Shown here: positions 61,880 to 64,000 of the stretch, in pieces | How the letters are laid out: every line of letters starts with the position of its first letter | Position numbering within the stretch: the stretch's first letter is position 1 | Assembly: GCA_002269645.1 (NCBI GenBank) | Contig: NIVC01002777.1 | Span: 62,001-126,000, forward strand | Direction: 5' to 3' | Source: Macrostomum lignano | Taxonomy: Eukaryota | Length of the DNA: 64,000 bases | Position numbers and translations under genes: made by a program | The notes under the pieces: generated by a model | What the model saw: only the letters and a program-made list of their open reading frames with translations | What the model was told of the DNA's origin: nothing | Databases searched by the model: none

Positions 61880-62460
61880 TTTCGAAGTGAACCCTGTAGA
61901 TTGCTGCATGAATATCTGTAGATTGCTACATGTATATAAATATTTGTAGATTGTTCAAGGAATATCTGCAGATTGCCGTAGGAATACATGTATCTGTAGA
62001 TTGTTTAGGAATATCTGTAGTCTGCTGTATATCTGTAGATTGCTGTTAGGAATATCTGTAGATTGCTGTTAGGAATATCTGTATATTGCTGTTAGGAATA
62101 TCTGTAGATTGCTGTTAGGATTATCTGTTGATGCTGTTAGGAGTATCTATATATTGCTGTTAGGAGTATCTGTATATTGCTGTAGGAATATCTGTAGATT
62201 GTTGTTAGGAATATCTGTAGATTGTTGTTGGGATCATGTCTGTAGATTGCTATTAGGAATATCTGTAGATTACTGTAGGAATATCTGTAGATTGTTGTTG
62301 GGATCATGTCTGTAGATTGCTATTAGGAATATCTGTAGATTACTGTAGGAGTATCTGTAGATTGTTGTTGGGATCATGTCTGTAGATTGCTATTAGGAAT
62401 ATCTGTAGATTACTGTAGGAATATCTGCAGATTACTGTAGGAATATCTGTAGATTGTTGG
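61880..62460. repeat. About 23-bp minisatellite (AGGAATATCTGTAGATTGCTGTT)n
   Basis: Direct reading. Confidence 0.9.
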
Positions 62461-62542
62461 GGGGATTTATTAGTTTCTGCGTGGATTTTTTAGATTTCTG
62501 GCTCTTTATTAGGCAGCTGTATCTCTTCGGCACTTCACTCAC

Positions 62543-62800
62543 TTGCTGATGGGTGGCTTCGGCTTCTCGCTGACTGGTGGCGGCGCGTCGTCCACAGTCG
62601 CCTCGCCTCCAGTTTCGCTGTCAACGGTGTTCGAAGCTGATGCTGCGGCGGCGGCGGATGCTGCTGCTGCTGCAATTTCTGCAGCTGCCCTCGCCTTGCC
62701 CTCGTCGTGCGTTGGCACGCTGACTTCGCTGTCGGAGCTGCTGCTGCGGCGCGAGCCGTCGCCTCCATCCAGTCCAATTTCAACCGGCTGCTGCTGATCG
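62543..62800 (-). CDS. SH3-domain gene, low-complexity acidic/Ala exon
   Basis: CCCCAG|C GAT CAG...EKPKPPIS AA|GTGAGT; GC-rich, open, phase 2-2. Confidence 0.7.
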
Positions 62801-63084
62801 CTGGGGGGGGGGGGGTTGGGTGCAATTTTAAAGCCTAAATTTGATGACGTTCTCCACCATCAAACAAAACTAAAGCACGAGTAGTGAGTAGTGAGAGATC
62901 TCATAGCACGATTTCATAAAGATCTGTGCAGACTTCCAACTTACATCACTCCTCTGAAACCTGTTTTAGTCTGCTAAACTATCCTTTTCACACCAGTCTG
63001 TCTTCGAATTCCATCGTCGAGCTGCTCCCTTACTACCAGTATTTTGATTTTCGTTATTTCTTGGACCGCGGAATCCCATACTGA

Positions 63085-63890
63085 TTCCGCGGCATTTCCG
63101 CCCCTAGCCGCTCCCTACTATTCTGATTCCGCCCCTAGCCGCTCCCTACTATCCTGATTCCGCCCCCTAGTCACTGCCTACTATCCTGATTCCGCCCCCT
63201 AGCCGCTCCCTACTATCCTGATTCCGCCCCTTATAGCCACTCTCTCCCACCCAGATTCTTCCTCTAGCGGCTCCCTACCATCCTGATTCCACTCTTAGCC
63301 GCTTCCTACCATCCTGATTCCTCCCCTAGCCGCTCCCTACCATCCTGATTCCACCCCTAGCCGCTTCCTACCATCCTGATTCCTCCCCTAGCCGCTCGAT
63401 CCCTACCATCCTGATTCCTCCCCTAGCCGCTCCCTAGCATCCTGATTCCTCCCCTAGCCGCTCCCTAGCATCCCGATTCCGCCCCCTAGCCGCTCCCTAC
63501 TATCTTGATTCCGCCCTAGCCGCTCCCTAGCATCCTGATTCCGCCCCTTATAGCCACTCTTTCACACCCTGATTCCTCCCCTAGCAGCTCCCTAGCATCC
63601 TGATTCCACCCCTAGCCGCTCCCTACCATCCTGATTCCTCCCCTAGCCGCTCGATCCCTACCATCCTGATTCCTCCCCTAGCCGCTTCCTACCATCCTGA
63701 TTCCACCCCTAGCCGCTCCCTACTATTCTGATTCCGCCCCCTAGCCGCTCCCTACTATCCTGAATCCGCCCCTAGCCGCTCCCTACCATCCTGATTCCAC
63801 CCCTAGCCGCTCCCTACCATCCTGAATCCGCCCCTAGCCGCTCCCTACCATCCTGAATACGCCCCTAGCCGCTCCCTACCATCCTGATCA
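63085..63890. repeat. About 32-bp minisatellite (CTAGCCGCTCCCTACCATCCTGATTCCGCCC)n
   Basis: Direct reading. Confidence 0.92.
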
Positions 63891-63938
63891 CGTACAATTC
63901 TCTTGGCACTCTCTCCCATCCTGAAATCCGGCACTCAC

Positions 63939-64000
63939 GGCGGATGCAGCTGCCGATTCGAGGTTGTCAGTTTCCCGCCTCCGGCTGATCCGTCGGCGCT
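63939..64000 (-). CDS. SH3-domain gene, partial exon cut by the window edge
   Basis: SADGSAGGGKLTTSNRQLHP then CC|GTGAGT; phase 2 matches the next exon. Confidence 0.6.

Overview
Eukaryotic (animal) genomic DNA with GC-rich exons, AT-rich intergenic DNA and introns packed with private minisatellites. The style resembles the flatworm Macrostomum, but that is inference only. I reconstructed spliced gene models by hand from GT/AG sites, phase matching and protein family motifs. (1) TEAD/scalloped, + strand, 4 exons, 1259-7990, 440 aa. (2) An HMG-box HMG20-like protein, + strand, 11739-14279; the start exon is unresolved. (3) An orphan 136-aa ORF, 17501-17911. (4) Calaxin/EFCAB1, - strand, 7 exons, 21853-18940, 216 aa. 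(5) Two inverted, divergently oriented paralogues of a ZAP(ZC3HAV1)/PARP12-like protein: copy A on - (31937-25420, about 1166 aa) and copy B on + (49819-58630, about 1205 aa). Each has THREE tandem four-finger CCCH RNA-binding modules plus a CCCH-WWE-WWE unit, and no PARP domain is visible. (6) The 3' part of an SH3/hSH3 (FYB/ADAP-like) gene on -, 64000-59219. The 18 kb between the ZAP-like copies holds transposon debris: three hAT MITEs with perfect 8-bp TSDs, a head-to-tail dimer of a MULE-like element inside one 9-bp TSD, and a decayed BEN-domain-like ORF between inverted satellite arrays. A tRNA-derived CORE-like SINE sits in a copy A intron. Most long ORFs in the supplied track are translations of tandem repeats. 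Main leads: a multiplied, modular, PARP-less ZAP-like gene pair (putative antiviral RNA sensors) whose module number can vary by phase-0 exon skipping or deletion, and intronic minisatellites built from copies of splice junctions.
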